Origin: Sarea resinae
Lineage: Eukaryota
Direction: 5' to 3'
NCBI GenBank assembly: GCA_026026165.1
Contig: JAPEUD010000006.1
Span: forward strand, 434,001 to 498,000
Length of the DNA: 64,000 nucleotides
This document shows positions 26,875-38,188 of the stretch, in pieces. Position 1 is the stretch's first letter. Every line of letters starts with the position of its first letter. The translations under genes were made by a program, and so were the position numbers. The notes under the pieces were generated by a model. That model ran no database searches. It saw only the letters and a program-made list of their open reading frames with translations, and was not told the origin of the DNA.

Positions 26875-27250
26875 ATGTTCAAACCTACCCAGCCACTGTT
26901 TCGACGGCTACGGCGTCTGGCTTTGACTACGAAGCAGGCCAATGGTGGATATTACAAGGGAACCGGGTCTGGGTCAATGGGCCGGCACACAAAGCATGGA
27001 GGATACATCGTTGAGTGGACCAAAGTGCGGACATATGTCTGCCCAGAGGGCCTCAATGAGTTCCCAGTAGGTTCATTAGCGTCTTGATATACAATGGTCA
27101 AGAGAGCTGATGCAGACTGTGATTTAGCTCAGCCCCTTTGTCACAAAACGAATGGAGCCTTTGAAAGGTCGATTCGAAGGCGATAAGAAGGGAGGCCTCA
27201 GCGGATTTCGATATCTAGCCCGATGGAAGGAAGAGAATGGGGAAGATTAG
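26875..27250 (+). CDS. MRPL27: Mitochondrial large-subunit ribosomal protein mL41 (YmL27)
   Basis: LTTKQANGGYYKGTGSGSMGRHTKHGGY..KVRTYVCP, one intron, then LSPFVTKR..WKEENGED-stop. Confidence 0.92.
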
Positions 27251-28157
27251 TGCTCGATCGAGCTCTTTAACGGGTAAGTTTCGCATGAGCTCGTATGGTA
27301 TCGGGGCCTTCAGAGTCAATGCTGACGCCTACCAGAATGTACCTTACTGTGGCATCTTACGGCGTCTATTGGATTAGGAGGAGTTGGCCGATGAAGCCGC
27401 CAAGCATCTTTTGGTCCTCAGCCCTACGCCCGCGATATCGTCCTGACTTCACTGCTCGTGGCATCACATCTTCGGTCGGTGAAGAAACTGTCCATCTGCG
27501 ACACAGAAAGGTTCACCTTCTGGGGGTCAGCCATGATAGAACTGGGGGAGCCGATCTAGTGTCGTATTGCAGGGCCATATCTTCATCTTTTCTGTGTATA
27601 GTAGGTAGATCTAGATCGATACGAGACAGGTTCAAGCCCTTCCTGTGGGTAGGGGCACTCTTGAGTGCCGTGTATAGAAACCATTGACCAGAAGATGGAA
27701 AGTCTGCGATGCAACCTTCCTAAGGTCGATCTGAACAACATATTTAAATCTCTATGCGACTTTTCTTCCTTTCACATCCCATCGTTATTACCTCGAGCAG
27801 CTCGTGCGGACGTAATCATCAATCCATATTGGATCCCTCCCGCATTACAATTATTGCATCTACCTAGAGATAATCAGATAAGCGAACGGCGAGATCTCCG
27901 CCTACGCCCGACCGAGGGACCTCATACGTAACGAAGCTAACGCTCACCAACTGAATCAACTGAATCAACGAAGTCCATGGAAGCAGACGGTAGAGTCTAC
28001 CGTCGCGCCCCAGCTCTTCCACCCGCGAAATCACATCTCTATTCAAAGTGAATAGCATCTCCTTCCTCAGAGTATACCCTCTGATCTTTGACAGTAATGC
28101 TTACACCTTAAGAAGCCCTCTCAGCGCCGCCGATGCTTATCAAACCAGGAGAGCGAT

Positions 28158-31100
28158 ATGTTCCAGTCATTCACCGGGAACTCTCGTCGGCCCCGGCAGG
28201 TGAACTTGTCGGGCCGTAATACCAATCCTTTTGCCGCTGCTCAAACTTCTCGACAATCTCCCGGCCCTCAGACGACATTGGCAAACGCACAACAGGAAAG
28301 GCTTTCCAGACAGCGAGAGAGGGACCGATTGAATTCCGCAAAGACCATCCAACGGACGTGGCGAGGTCACAGAAGCCGTACGGAGTCCAAGAATGCTTGG
28401 AGGCGAGATTGGGATTTACGAGAGAATATTCAGGAAGAACCGCTCGTCTTGTCGCCGCCACAGGAAGGCGGAGGGGCAACCTACCTTTCGGATGAAGAGT
28501 GTGAAATACAATTGCGCACCCTCCTCCAATTTGCCAACGTCCGACACGATAGCGACACCTATCGTCTCGATCACTTTATCAGCCGATTCCTCAACACTGT
28601 AAAGGGCCGACCCCCTATCGAGTGGGGCACACGGTGGCCACTTCTATTGCTGAAGCTCGAGGAACTTTGTTTTGAGGCGCTGGGCTCAAGCGCGAAACGG
28701 GCGGCTTCTATGCTCCACACAGAGAACATTCTCTCGACTCTTACCTTCCTCTCACAAGCTATTCCTAAAGAGACAGCTCGACATGCATCCGCGTACTATC
28801 GAGCCCTATCTGAAACTCTCACTCGAACTCCCTCGGAATTCGCGGGAGACATCAGCCACGAAGTCTTATTCCCGGCCATTTGTACCCCACTACAGATCAT
28901 AAGCTCCGAGACGCTCAGCGCGTACGAGGGTTTTGCAAGCAAGTTCCTGACGACTCCGAATCTCGCGGAGAAGCTTTTGAGCCTGCGTCCTATCGCAGAG
29001 GGGATAAATTACAAACTGCTAGCAAATGCGTTAGCGAACAAATTAAAGAGGTCGTCCCCGGAAGAGATACGAGACTTTGCGGACAACGAGGGGAGGCTAT
29101 GGCTTCTTGCCTATTTCATATATTTTCATGAACACGTACATGGTCCAGCACAGTCAGCAGCCCATTTTCCGGAACCAGACTATGTCGCCACGGTCTCAAT
29201 ACTTCTGAGCTCTCTGGCTCATGAGATAGCTAATCGCATCAGCGTGGATGACGTTGTCATGGCGGATGATGTAGAGAACGGGAGCGATAAACTACCTCCA
29301 GCGCCTCTACAACCATTCATCAAAAAGGAAATATACTCATTGGTCAATCAGCAGAGCATCAGCAGTCTACTGAGTGGAGCGAGTAGTTCCCAGGTCTCCG
29401 GCGATGGCAATTTGGGTGTAATTTACAACAACACAGACGATGCGAAGCTGTTGGCAAGCTATGCGCTCACTCTGCTCAGAGTGTTTCCACGGCGAGCTGA
29501 TGACATACGGATGTGGCTGTATCTGGGATCGACAACAAGCTCGGAGAATGGCTCAGAGAGAGGCCCCGGGCCGCGCGTACCAGCTATCAAGTATTTCTGG
29601 AGGGCCGTGCGCAGGACCTCCTCTTATGCATCCATTAGCAAAGACCCACGCTCTGCAGTGAGTCTTTTAAAGCCCCGGAATGACCCAGCAGCACATTATC
29701 AAGGTAGAAGTACAGGAACGGCCATAGCGGATGAACAAGATCAAGAGTGGAGGATTATTTTGCTGTTCTTTGAGCTTTATACCTTTGTTTTGAAAGTCAT
29801 GGATGACGAGGAGTTCTTTTCGGGAAGCAATACAGTGGGAATGGGGAGGCCTGATGTCGGATTCTCATGGACGCGTGAGAGCGCTTTACCTCTTTCTGAA
29901 GTCAAAGATATGACGGTGTTCCTGAAGAATCTCGCATTTACCATGTACTGGAACGCCTCGGAGATCACAGAGTCTGCTGATTCCGATAGCACGGGTGGAA
30001 TTGGCACATATTTTTCCACTTCAGCGGTCGTGCGGCCGTCCCTTGGGGATCGCAACAATGATTCAAGATCTGGCGACGTCGCTCTAGCTGGTGTCAAAGG
30101 GATTAGTATAGACTACTTGAAGGGTATTGTGACTGGGCTGTTGCGAATGATTTACGAACGAGAGTAAGTCCCAAGGCATTTCAGACCAATGTCGATCGGC
30201 CTGCTAATTCTCTTACCAGTTCGCGGCGCAACTTTCTGCCGAAGGATCATTGGCTCATGACTTCCCGTTTTGATATGGGAGGTTTCATCCCGGCCGTGGT
30301 CGTCGAAGAGGAAAATCGGCATCAAGTTCAAGAAGCCGACGACGACGAGGAAGACCGCGATGATGATCTGTATGATGAGGGGCTTGCACCGACAGATACA
30401 ATCATAGGGACGAGAAGAGTCCAGCAGACTCGAAACGTAGAGCTCCTACGAAAACAGCAGCGAAAAGCTTCGAGAAAGAAGTACCTTGAGGCTATTACTC
30501 CAAGACTTGAAATCCTCCAGAATATGCCGTTTTTCATCCCCTTTGCCACGAGAGTCCAAATTTTCCGCGAATTTGTCCATCTCGATCAGGTACGGCGGAG
30601 GGGTGGCCACGTCGACCCGGATAATTGGAGGATGTCCATAATGCAGAGCTCCGTCTTTCAACGCACCTCTGAAGGCGAGCTATCCGGTCACGACATCATT
30701 AGCAAACATCACGCAAAGATAAAGAGAGAAAGCGTCTTTGAAGACGCGTACGAACAATTCTACGAGCTCGGCGAGGGGTTGAAAGAGCCGATTCAAATCA
30801 CATTTGTCGATAGATTTGATACGGTCGAGGCAGGCATCGACGGTGGAGGCGTCACCAAAGAGTTTCTCACGAGCGTGACAAATGAGGCGTTTAGTCCCTC
30901 GGCTGGTCTGGATCTTTTCGTCGAGAATGACCACCACTTGCTATACCCGAACCCCGCTGCCGTCGACGAGCGCAAGGAACTCCTTCTGGATGCTGGGTTC
31001 AAGGAGGGATCACCAGACTGGAATGAGCAGATCAGAGAACTGCTTCGCCGCTACGAGTTCCTCGGTCGAATCATCGGAAAATGTCTGTATGAGGGGATTC

Positions 31101-32061
31101 TCGTGGATATTGCCTTTGCTCCTTTCTTCCTGTTGAAATGGGCCTTGACTGGCGGGTCGGGTTCGGCATCCAAGGAGTCTGGGTACAGAGCCAATCTTAA
31201 TGATCTCCGGGATCTGGATGAGGGGTTATACCAGGGGCTGGTGAGTTGCTCTTTTCCCTTTCATCTGATCCACATATCCATCCATCACCCAATCAACATG
31301 TACAAACCCTACGCTTGACATAACCCAGTTGCCCCATTTCATTGATCGGACTCAATTAACGGTCAATTTCGCAGCTCCAACTCAAAAACTACCCCGGCGA
31401 CGTCGAAGATTTCTCCCTCAACTTCACCGTCACCGACCCGATCTCCATCACCCCTTCCACCGGCACCGCCGCCACGACGAAAACCATAACGCGCGACCTC
31501 AAACCCAACGGCGCCAACACGCCCGTGACTAACTCCAACCGGCTCGTCTACATATCCTACATCGCGCGCCACCGGCTCTCGACGCGGCCGCAGCTGCAGA
31601 CCTCGGCCTTTTTGCGCGGCCTGTCCTCGATCATCCAGCCGGCCTGGCTCTCCATGTTCAACCAGTCGGAGCTGCAGACGCTGGTGGGCGGCACGGCGTC
31701 GCCGCTCGACGTGGCCGACCTGCGCCGGCACACGCTGTACGGCGGCGTGTACGCGCTGGGCCACGACGGCGTCGAGCACCCCTCGGTGCGCCTCTTCTGG
31801 GACGTCATGCGCGACCTGTCCGACGCCGACCGCCGCAAGGTCCTCAAGTTCGTCACCTCGACCCCGCGCGCCCCGCTGCTCGGCTTCGGCTCCCTCAACC
31901 CGCGCTTCAGCATCCGCGACGCCGGCGACGACGAGGATAGGCTGCCTAGTACCAGCACCTGTGTCAATCTCCTCAAGCTGCCTCGCTATGGCTCCAAGGA
32001 GGTGCTGAGGAGCAAGTTGCTGTATGCTGTCAATTCCGGCGCGGGCTTTGATCTGAGTTGA
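28158..32061 (+). CDS. HUL5: IQ-motif HECT E3 ubiquitin ligase (Hul5/UBE3C family)
   Basis: N-terminal FTGNSRRPRQVNLSGR, IQ motif TIQRTWRGHR, HECT EAGIDGGGVTKEF and RLPSTSTCVNLLKLP..GFDLS. Introns approximately 30165-30219 and 31241-31374. Confidence 0.93.
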
Positions 32062-32561
32062 GTCAATCTTTTGGATGGGGTCTGTGTGTGTAAGTGTGGG
32101 ACGGGAGAAGGAGGTGGGGAGGGGGGGTTATTTGATAGTGGTTAATGGACGAGGGACAAGGAATAGGGAGTAAGAGCGAAAAGCGAATGTAGACAGGGCT
32201 GTACAGAGGCATTTTCATCTACCATGGTTGGACTGAACTGAACTGGATCGCACATCGCCTTGCCACTTCCTTTGCACGTACACCATCGCATTGCATTTTG
32301 GACAGACTTGCACACTTAGTGATAAATCATATTTATATGCAGAGAATCTATTAATCTAAGAGATCTACTCAACAGCTAAACGATAGATTTGCTGTCCAGC
32401 TGACGCTCAGCGTACAGTACAGCAGCTTTCCTCGACCCAATAAAACAAGGCATGTACAACGGCTACTGCTCTTCGCGGAACACTGCAGCTAACAAGTCAG
32501 CGACATGAATGATGTCAATCAATCAGAAGCCTTGATTAGGCAGTGATAATGAGAAGGGATA

Positions 32562-32648
32562 TCAGATACAAAGGCCCGGTCAGGGGCCAATCTCATCAAT
32601 GCCAACGTGTGGCTATGCCGACCGTCGTGAAAATGATTTGATCATCAT
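32562..32648 (-). ncRNA. Box C/D snoRNA snR73-like (25S Cm2959)
   Basis: C box ATGATGA 32648-32642. Guide TCACGACGGTC pairs with 25S GACCGUCGUGA. Degenerate D'. D box CTGA 32565-32562. Confidence 0.85.
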
Positions 32649-32841
32649 GAAAGAGTAGTTGTAAAGGGAGCCAAGAGGCAAAAGTCTGCAATTGCTTACA
32701 TACCTCTTCATTCATTTCGACAGAAGTTTCTGCATCACGGTAGTAATAGTAATTGAAGAGTGAGCTCCTGAGACTAGACGAGATCTATATCAGTGAAGTT
32801 CGAGAAGCTTTGAGATAAGACTTCGGATGTCGACACGCGGA

Positions 32842-32918
32842 TCAGTCCGGACAGGTCTCGTCGTCGCCTTTAAAAGACTTGGACATATGCTTGTCTATTG
32901 TGTACGTCGATTCATCAT
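32842..32918 (-). ncRNA. Box C/D snoRNA snR74-like (18S Am28)
   Basis: C box ATGATGA. 13-nt guide AGACAAGCATATG pairs with 18S CAUAUGCUUGUCU, followed by a degenerate D' (CCAA). D box CTGA 32845-32842. Confidence 0.88.
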
Positions 32919-33057
32919 ATCGGCGGCGTCGGCAAGTCTCGTAAAGAAAAGGATGGGCTTACCCTTATAGCTGAATGGATAGATACCTATCTGATCGAAG
33001 AAGTTAGTGCCGATTCATCGCCAGCAAACGTGTACAAAATAAGGTGAATCACAACTG

Positions 33058-33139
33058 TCAGAAAATGCATGAATGGTATATAAAATATGGTGTCTACATC
33101 GGAAACCCGAATCAGACTCGTCATCTAAATGCTCATCAT
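33058..33139 (-). ncRNA. Box C/D snoRNA snR75-like (25S Gm2288)
   Basis: C box ATGATGA. Guide TTAGATGACGAG before D' CTGA pairs with 25S CUCGUCAUCUAA. A second element CCATTCATGC pairs with nearby GCAUGAAUGG. D box 33061-33058. Confidence 0.9.
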
Positions 33140-33293
33140 GAAGTGAACAACGCTATTGAAGAATGAGTAGAACCTTACCTAATTGCAATGACATCAAGTC
33201 GACTACAAGTCTCTGATCTGTGGCTTCTGGAAATGGCATTAGCACATTTCCGCCTGCATTGAATATATAGAATCGAAGGCATTGAATTGCTAT

Positions 33294-33394
33294 TCAGTGG
33301 GCGAGGTTTTCTAGGCCTGCCACAAAGGGCATATCCATTCATAAATCAGCACCGATCTTGTCGGATACTGTCGGAGCCCAGTGCCATTCATCCT
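33294..33394 (-). ncRNA. Box C/D snoRNA snR76-like (25S Cm2197)
   Basis: C box AGGATGA. Guide GCACTGGGC before D' CCGA pairs with 25S GCCCAGUGC, and +5 falls on the third C. D box CTGA 33297-33294. Confidence 0.8.
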
Positions 33395-33544
33395 TAGACA
33401 GAGTTGAAGGAATAGAGAATAAGATATATAACATACTGAGTTATGAAATCGTGCCAAAGACGTGGAGGGTGACCTATGATGACTTGATCGGTCAGCATGA
33501 CTCTCGTAGATAGATCACGAAACAGGTGTATAAGATAAAGAAGC

Positions 33545-33629
33545 TCAGTCTAAGCCATTAGATATCGTCGAGGACCCGAGGGTCTCAGTCGGTAATTTCC
33601 AGCGTATAAGTTGTCAAATTGATCATCTT
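33545..33629 (-). ncRNA. Box C/D snoRNA snR77-like (18S Um578)
   Basis: Degenerate C box AAGATGA. Guide GCTGGAAATTACCG before CTGA 33588-33585 pairs with 18S CGGUAAUUCCAGC with one bulged nt. Terminal D box 33548-33545. Confidence 0.8.
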
Positions 33630-34039
33630 CGCCTCCATTCGCATTCGCGGAAAAATAAAATAATTGTAAAGCTTACCTAAAGCAACGACTTCTATGAGCA
33701 GATCGAGTCACCGAAGAGATGATTCGAGACTCGGACAAGTTTGAGATGCTTGTTGTCAGTTCAATTACGATCGTCCATTAGCGGCACCAGCAAAGTTTGC
33801 AACAGCGAACGCTATAACGTTCATCGTAGCCTTTGCAGCTCCATCCAAGGACACATGTGGCAAGCTTATGATGCTCACGACATCATCGCGATGGGCCTTA
33901 GTATAGCTCCAGCCAAAATCGATCGGCCAGGTATAAGAGTACGTTGTTTTCCTAAAAACCTTAAAGCCATAGACGATTAGTGGCAGTTCAAACAACAGAT
34001 TGCTATGCAAGACATCAGAGACGACAGGAACAGCAGATA

Positions 34040-34119
34040 TCAGACTGACGTGCAAAGTGAGTTTCATTCCCCCGATGGAGGTCAAAGACTCTAGTTTTGC
34101 GGTTTATACAAATCATCAT
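34040..34119 (-). ncRNA. Box C/D snoRNA with two guides: snR78-like (25S Um2421) and snR72-like (25S Am876)
   Basis: C box ATGATGA 34119-34113. D' TTGA preceded by AAACTAGAGTC (pairs with GACUCUAGUUU). D CTGA 34043-34040 preceded by TTTGCACGTCAG (pairs with CUGACGUGCAAA). The +5 rule gives U and A respectively. Confidence 0.9.
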
Positions 34120-34346
34120 ATGAGAAAGACGTCAAGAGACAAAGACAGTGGGGTGGGCGCTGAAAGAAAATCGACGCAGCAAAAAAGCTTACCAGTATGT
34201 CATGCAGCCAGACACGGCCGCACCCAGTCCACACGCATTTGCAGCAAGATCATTGAAGCGTGGTGGAAGTGAAAGGTCACGGCCAAGGCTGGCTGAAGGT
34301 TGTGTGGAGAGAGATGGAGGTGAAGCAAAGACAAGAGAGCAGAAAT

Positions 34347-34462
34347 GTTTTATGGGTGAGCTAAGCTAGTCGCCTACACGCGAATGATCTCGCTTGTGCG
34401 CCAAGATTTCAGTGGATGGCAGAATCGGAATAAGAATACATCCGCAATGAGCAGTCACGTGA
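34347..34462 (-). promoter_or_regulatory. Putative promoter of the snoRNA host gene with Homol D-like box
   Basis: CAGTCAC at 34452-34458, then a CATAAAA TATA-like element near 34350 and a CT-rich tract on the minus strand. Confidence 0.5.
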
Positions 34463-34572
34463 AGGGCTCGCAGTTCGGAAATTACCTGGAAAATGATAAC
34501 TCTAACACGATATATCCCATGGAGAAGTAAACAGAGATATAGACCACCAACCCTACATAGTAGACACCGTCT

Positions 34573-36356
34573 TCAAGAGACCGGATGCGCCAGTCCTTTC
34601 CTTCGGACGTCCTCGACATACCCCCAATACCTCCTCCCAGTGCCTGCTCTTAACTTCCTCCCCCACTTGATCATCAGCCAAACCGTCATACACTGCGCCA
34701 GCCCCGCACCCGCAGCCGTCAGAAAGGCATTTTGCAGTCCCATATTCTTTACCCACGGCGTGATACCATATCCTACAGCAAAACTCATCGTATTTCGAAT
34801 CAGGATGACCGTGATCATGACTTCCCCGCTCAGGTCCTTGTAGCTATCCAATGCGTAACTGATGCTAAGTTGTAGACCAATCGTGTTGGTGGCCGCGATG
34901 ATGCCCATTCCTATCACGACGCCCGGCCAGGCGATACCGTGCGCGGCACCGACGCCCCAGAGGATCAGACCGCCTGGGATCAAGAGCAGGGACGGCGTGA
35001 ACAACCACAGACGATGTTCGGGTTCCATTATGCCTCCGTTGCGACGCGCAAGGTAGAGGATGAATCTGTTGCCAAAAGGCCCCGTGTATAGTACTGCAAC
35101 CGCGACACCAATGAGCGCGGAGACGTAGGAGAGGCCGACCATGGCCGAGGAAAAATTGTAAGGGGGCGAGCCGAGGATCAGGGAGGCGGTGCCATTGAGC
35201 ACGTTGAACCAGATTAGATTACTGCCGTAGGAGAAACCAGCATAAGAGATTACGGGGAGAGTGAGGAAGACGAGAGGATGGACCATCATCTGGAGAAGGA
35301 TGCGGGGACTCTTGTGGAGGGCTGAAGGCTTGATGAGGGCCATCTTCTGGAGAAACGTTTGGTGTGCGGGAGAGGACAGGGTGGTTGTCCCAAATTCAAC
35401 ATCTGAAGGATCCCTGGAGGAGGGAATGGGGGCCTTTTCGCCCTTTTCGGAGAGGGCCGGGGTGGCGTTCACTTCGTGATTTTGATCTTGATCCTTATCG
35501 GCGGTGCTATTGATGGTATCTGAGACTGAGTCCGGATCCGATTCTGGCTCCGGTTCGTCCGCGATGTTATGACGGTCGAAATTGGTTTCTTCGAGGAAGA
35601 AGAAGAGGAAGACGAAGCCTATCGCGCAAAAGATTGCACACCAGTACTGTTTAGAGCCAAGTATGTCAGCACAACCTCGAGCCGACTCTCTTTCCTTCGG
35701 CTTACCAGAACCCACTTCCAGCCTTGGCCGTCATTGATGAAGCCGGCAAGGATAGGCGCAAGATAATTGCTGCCCACCAAAAACAGCCCATAAAGCGCCA
35801 TATATCCGCCTCGCTCGTGGGTGAAGTATATATCCGTGACCGAGATCTCGCACAGTGATTCGATGGGCGCACCAAAGAAACCCTGGAGAATCTTGTTCGC
35901 GATCCACTGCCCGTTGCTCCGCGTATAAGGCGCCCAGATCATGATAGCCATGGTGGCCAAGATGGAAATCAGGTATACGGGTCTCTTCCCGTACTGTAGC
36001 GCCAAGGGCTGCCAGACCAGACAGCCCCAGCCAAAGAACAGAAACATATAGCCTGTACCATCATTGAGATCGCCCAGGGAGAGACCGGTGGCGAGGGAGA
36101 TGGGCTCTAGAATGGAATAGATGGCTGCGGATGCGATGCCGACCATGAGCGTGTAGACACACATGCAGACGGTCGAGAGAAGTTTGCGACGCGGCGACCA
36201 GTTGAGAGGGTCCTCTGGGGAGCTGGACGGGGACGGCACGAGCACGACGTCGTGTTGTTGGCCCGAGGCATGTTTGGCGTGCATGGTGCCTTCGAGATCG
36301 ACCAGGTGGACGGTGCCAGGAATTGTATCATGGCGAATTGCAGAAAGAGATGCCAT
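34573..36356 (-). CDS. MFS transporter (HOL1/DHA1-like)
   Basis: IPGTVHLVD, VLVPSPSSSPEDPLNWSPRRK, ALQYGKRPVY, DIYFTHERG, MEPEHRLW and about 12 hydrophobic segments. One intron near 35650-35705. Confidence 0.92.
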
Positions 36357-38188
36357 TGTCGTTGAGGAGGGTGGGGGTCGAGGAAATGGAACACAATAGC
36401 TCTCAACCGACCGACCAACGATGAAGCATGAAGAAGCAAGCACCTAGCTGAAACGTCGACAATGATGATGAACCCGATGACAGCGACAGAAGTAGAGAAG
36501 GACGGAAACGGAGATGGAAGTGCATTAGTTATTTGTATCTAGATGATCTGCCATGCCATGCCTTGCCATGCACCGCCATGCGATGCCATGATATGCCACG
36601 CGAACTCCTTCCGATGCTTACTCGTAGATACCGGAATTGTGCCTTACTGGAAGCAGTAAAAGCACCCTGCAGATGAACATCGCTGGGATGGTAGGAGTAG
36701 TGCCCTGATAGGGCCGCAGGCTGGGGAAAGAAGATGATAGCCTTCTCCTCCGCTCTACACTATCCGTACCTGTAGAGATGGTGGTCGATCCACAATTGAT
36801 AAAGACGGTGTTTATCGTGGACGATAGATATGGAGGGATGGATGATTAGAGTGACACACGAAGATGGTTAGCATCTGTTATGTAAGGCGGCGGACAGTGT
36901 GAGGTGGGCATTGATCGAGGAAGACGGGAGGTATCTAATCGATAGATGGCAGTAGTAGCAGCAGCAGCAGCAGCGGCAGCGGCAGCCCGAGCTTTAACAT
37001 GACGATAGCTATGCTGATAGCATTGATACTGATGCTACACTACTGACTGTACTACTAAGCAGTACTGCGTCGTGCCTCTATCGAGTGTCGGAATTGGACT
37101 GGATGCAGGGATCGAGATCTCCTCTTTTGGCGTCGCGGCTCCACTTAACTCAAGTGCCTTATCTCGAGGCGGAACAGGATACGAATCGAAGAATAGAGCC
37201 TACAGAGAGAGCGGAGTAAGGTAACTCCGCAGATGTGTCCGTCCCTGAATTAGCCCTAGAGCTCTAATGTTGTCCCTGAATGAGGTAGGAAGAGGACGGT
37301 GCTCTAGCCCTAACCAACTTCTCCAACACCATTTGATCTCACGACTTCTATCGCCCTGACAGCCTTCACCTCTCCATGGATGGCGTACGATTGGGCTCAA
37401 TCCGATGCACAGGCAGCGGGCGAGTGTGCGAGCCAAGCAGCTCCATCACCTTAAGCGCCCAGCAGGTCTTGCCGAGACGGCACTTGCAGGGACGGCCACT
37501 CCAAGTTCATGCATGCTCTCGCCGTCACGGCTGGGATCCGCGTCCTCTCAGGTGCCCTCATTCGTCTCATTCGTCTCACTCGCCCGTCGCCCGTCACACG
37601 GCGGCTTGATGCGCCCACTCTCTTCGACTGAGCAGCAGCTCCTTCGGTCCCAGCTGCAAAGAATAGCAACCGGTCTCCTCTCTTCTGCCTTCCCCGCAAC
37701 GAATCAGACTCATATGCTATGCCCTGGCCGTCATAGCGCCCGTTGATCCCTCCTCCAGTGCATCCCATCTGCTTCCTGCCAGCCATGCACTCGAATCGAC
37801 GAGTACCTGCTCTCGAACTAATGTCTGGGCTTGCTAATCTGGTACCATCTATCTTGGGACGAAACGGTCTGTGGGTGGTGGTGGGCGGCGTGCTTTTCTT
37901 AGGTACGATGTGTGTGTGATGTGCGCCATGTTTGCCGTGTTGCCATGTACTTTACATGCGATGCGGCTTCGAAGCGCCGCCTTATGAAAGCTGTCTCTTC
38001 TCCTTCGAGCTTCCCTCTCTCAACGCGTCCGTTTCAAACTTACCCGCGCGCGGCGAAGACGGACAGACCGACAGACACATCGCGTGAGAGAGATGAACAG
38101 CACTTGCGCTGCCATCTTCTCGTTCTGCCTTGCATGAGGCCCTGGCTCTGAATTGCACGGCAAGCGCCGATTCCATCGAGACGGCATC

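Larger units (their letters stand above)
32400..34345 (-). ncRNA. Non-coding multi-intron snoRNA host gene (snR78-snR72-type cluster); ends approximate
   Basis: Minus-strand donors at 34192 (GTAAGC), 33676 (GTAAGC), 33436 (GTATGT), 33178 (GTAAGG), 32962 (GTAAGC) and 32703 (GTATGT), each followed by a C/D snoRNA, a branch site and an AG. Internal exons are short and non-coding. Confidence 0.88.

Noticed and set aside
33741..34369. Short ORFs suggesting a pseudogene or decayed transposon in the 32-34 kb gap
   Set aside because: The region is better explained by the snoRNA host gene; the ORFs have no protein motifs.
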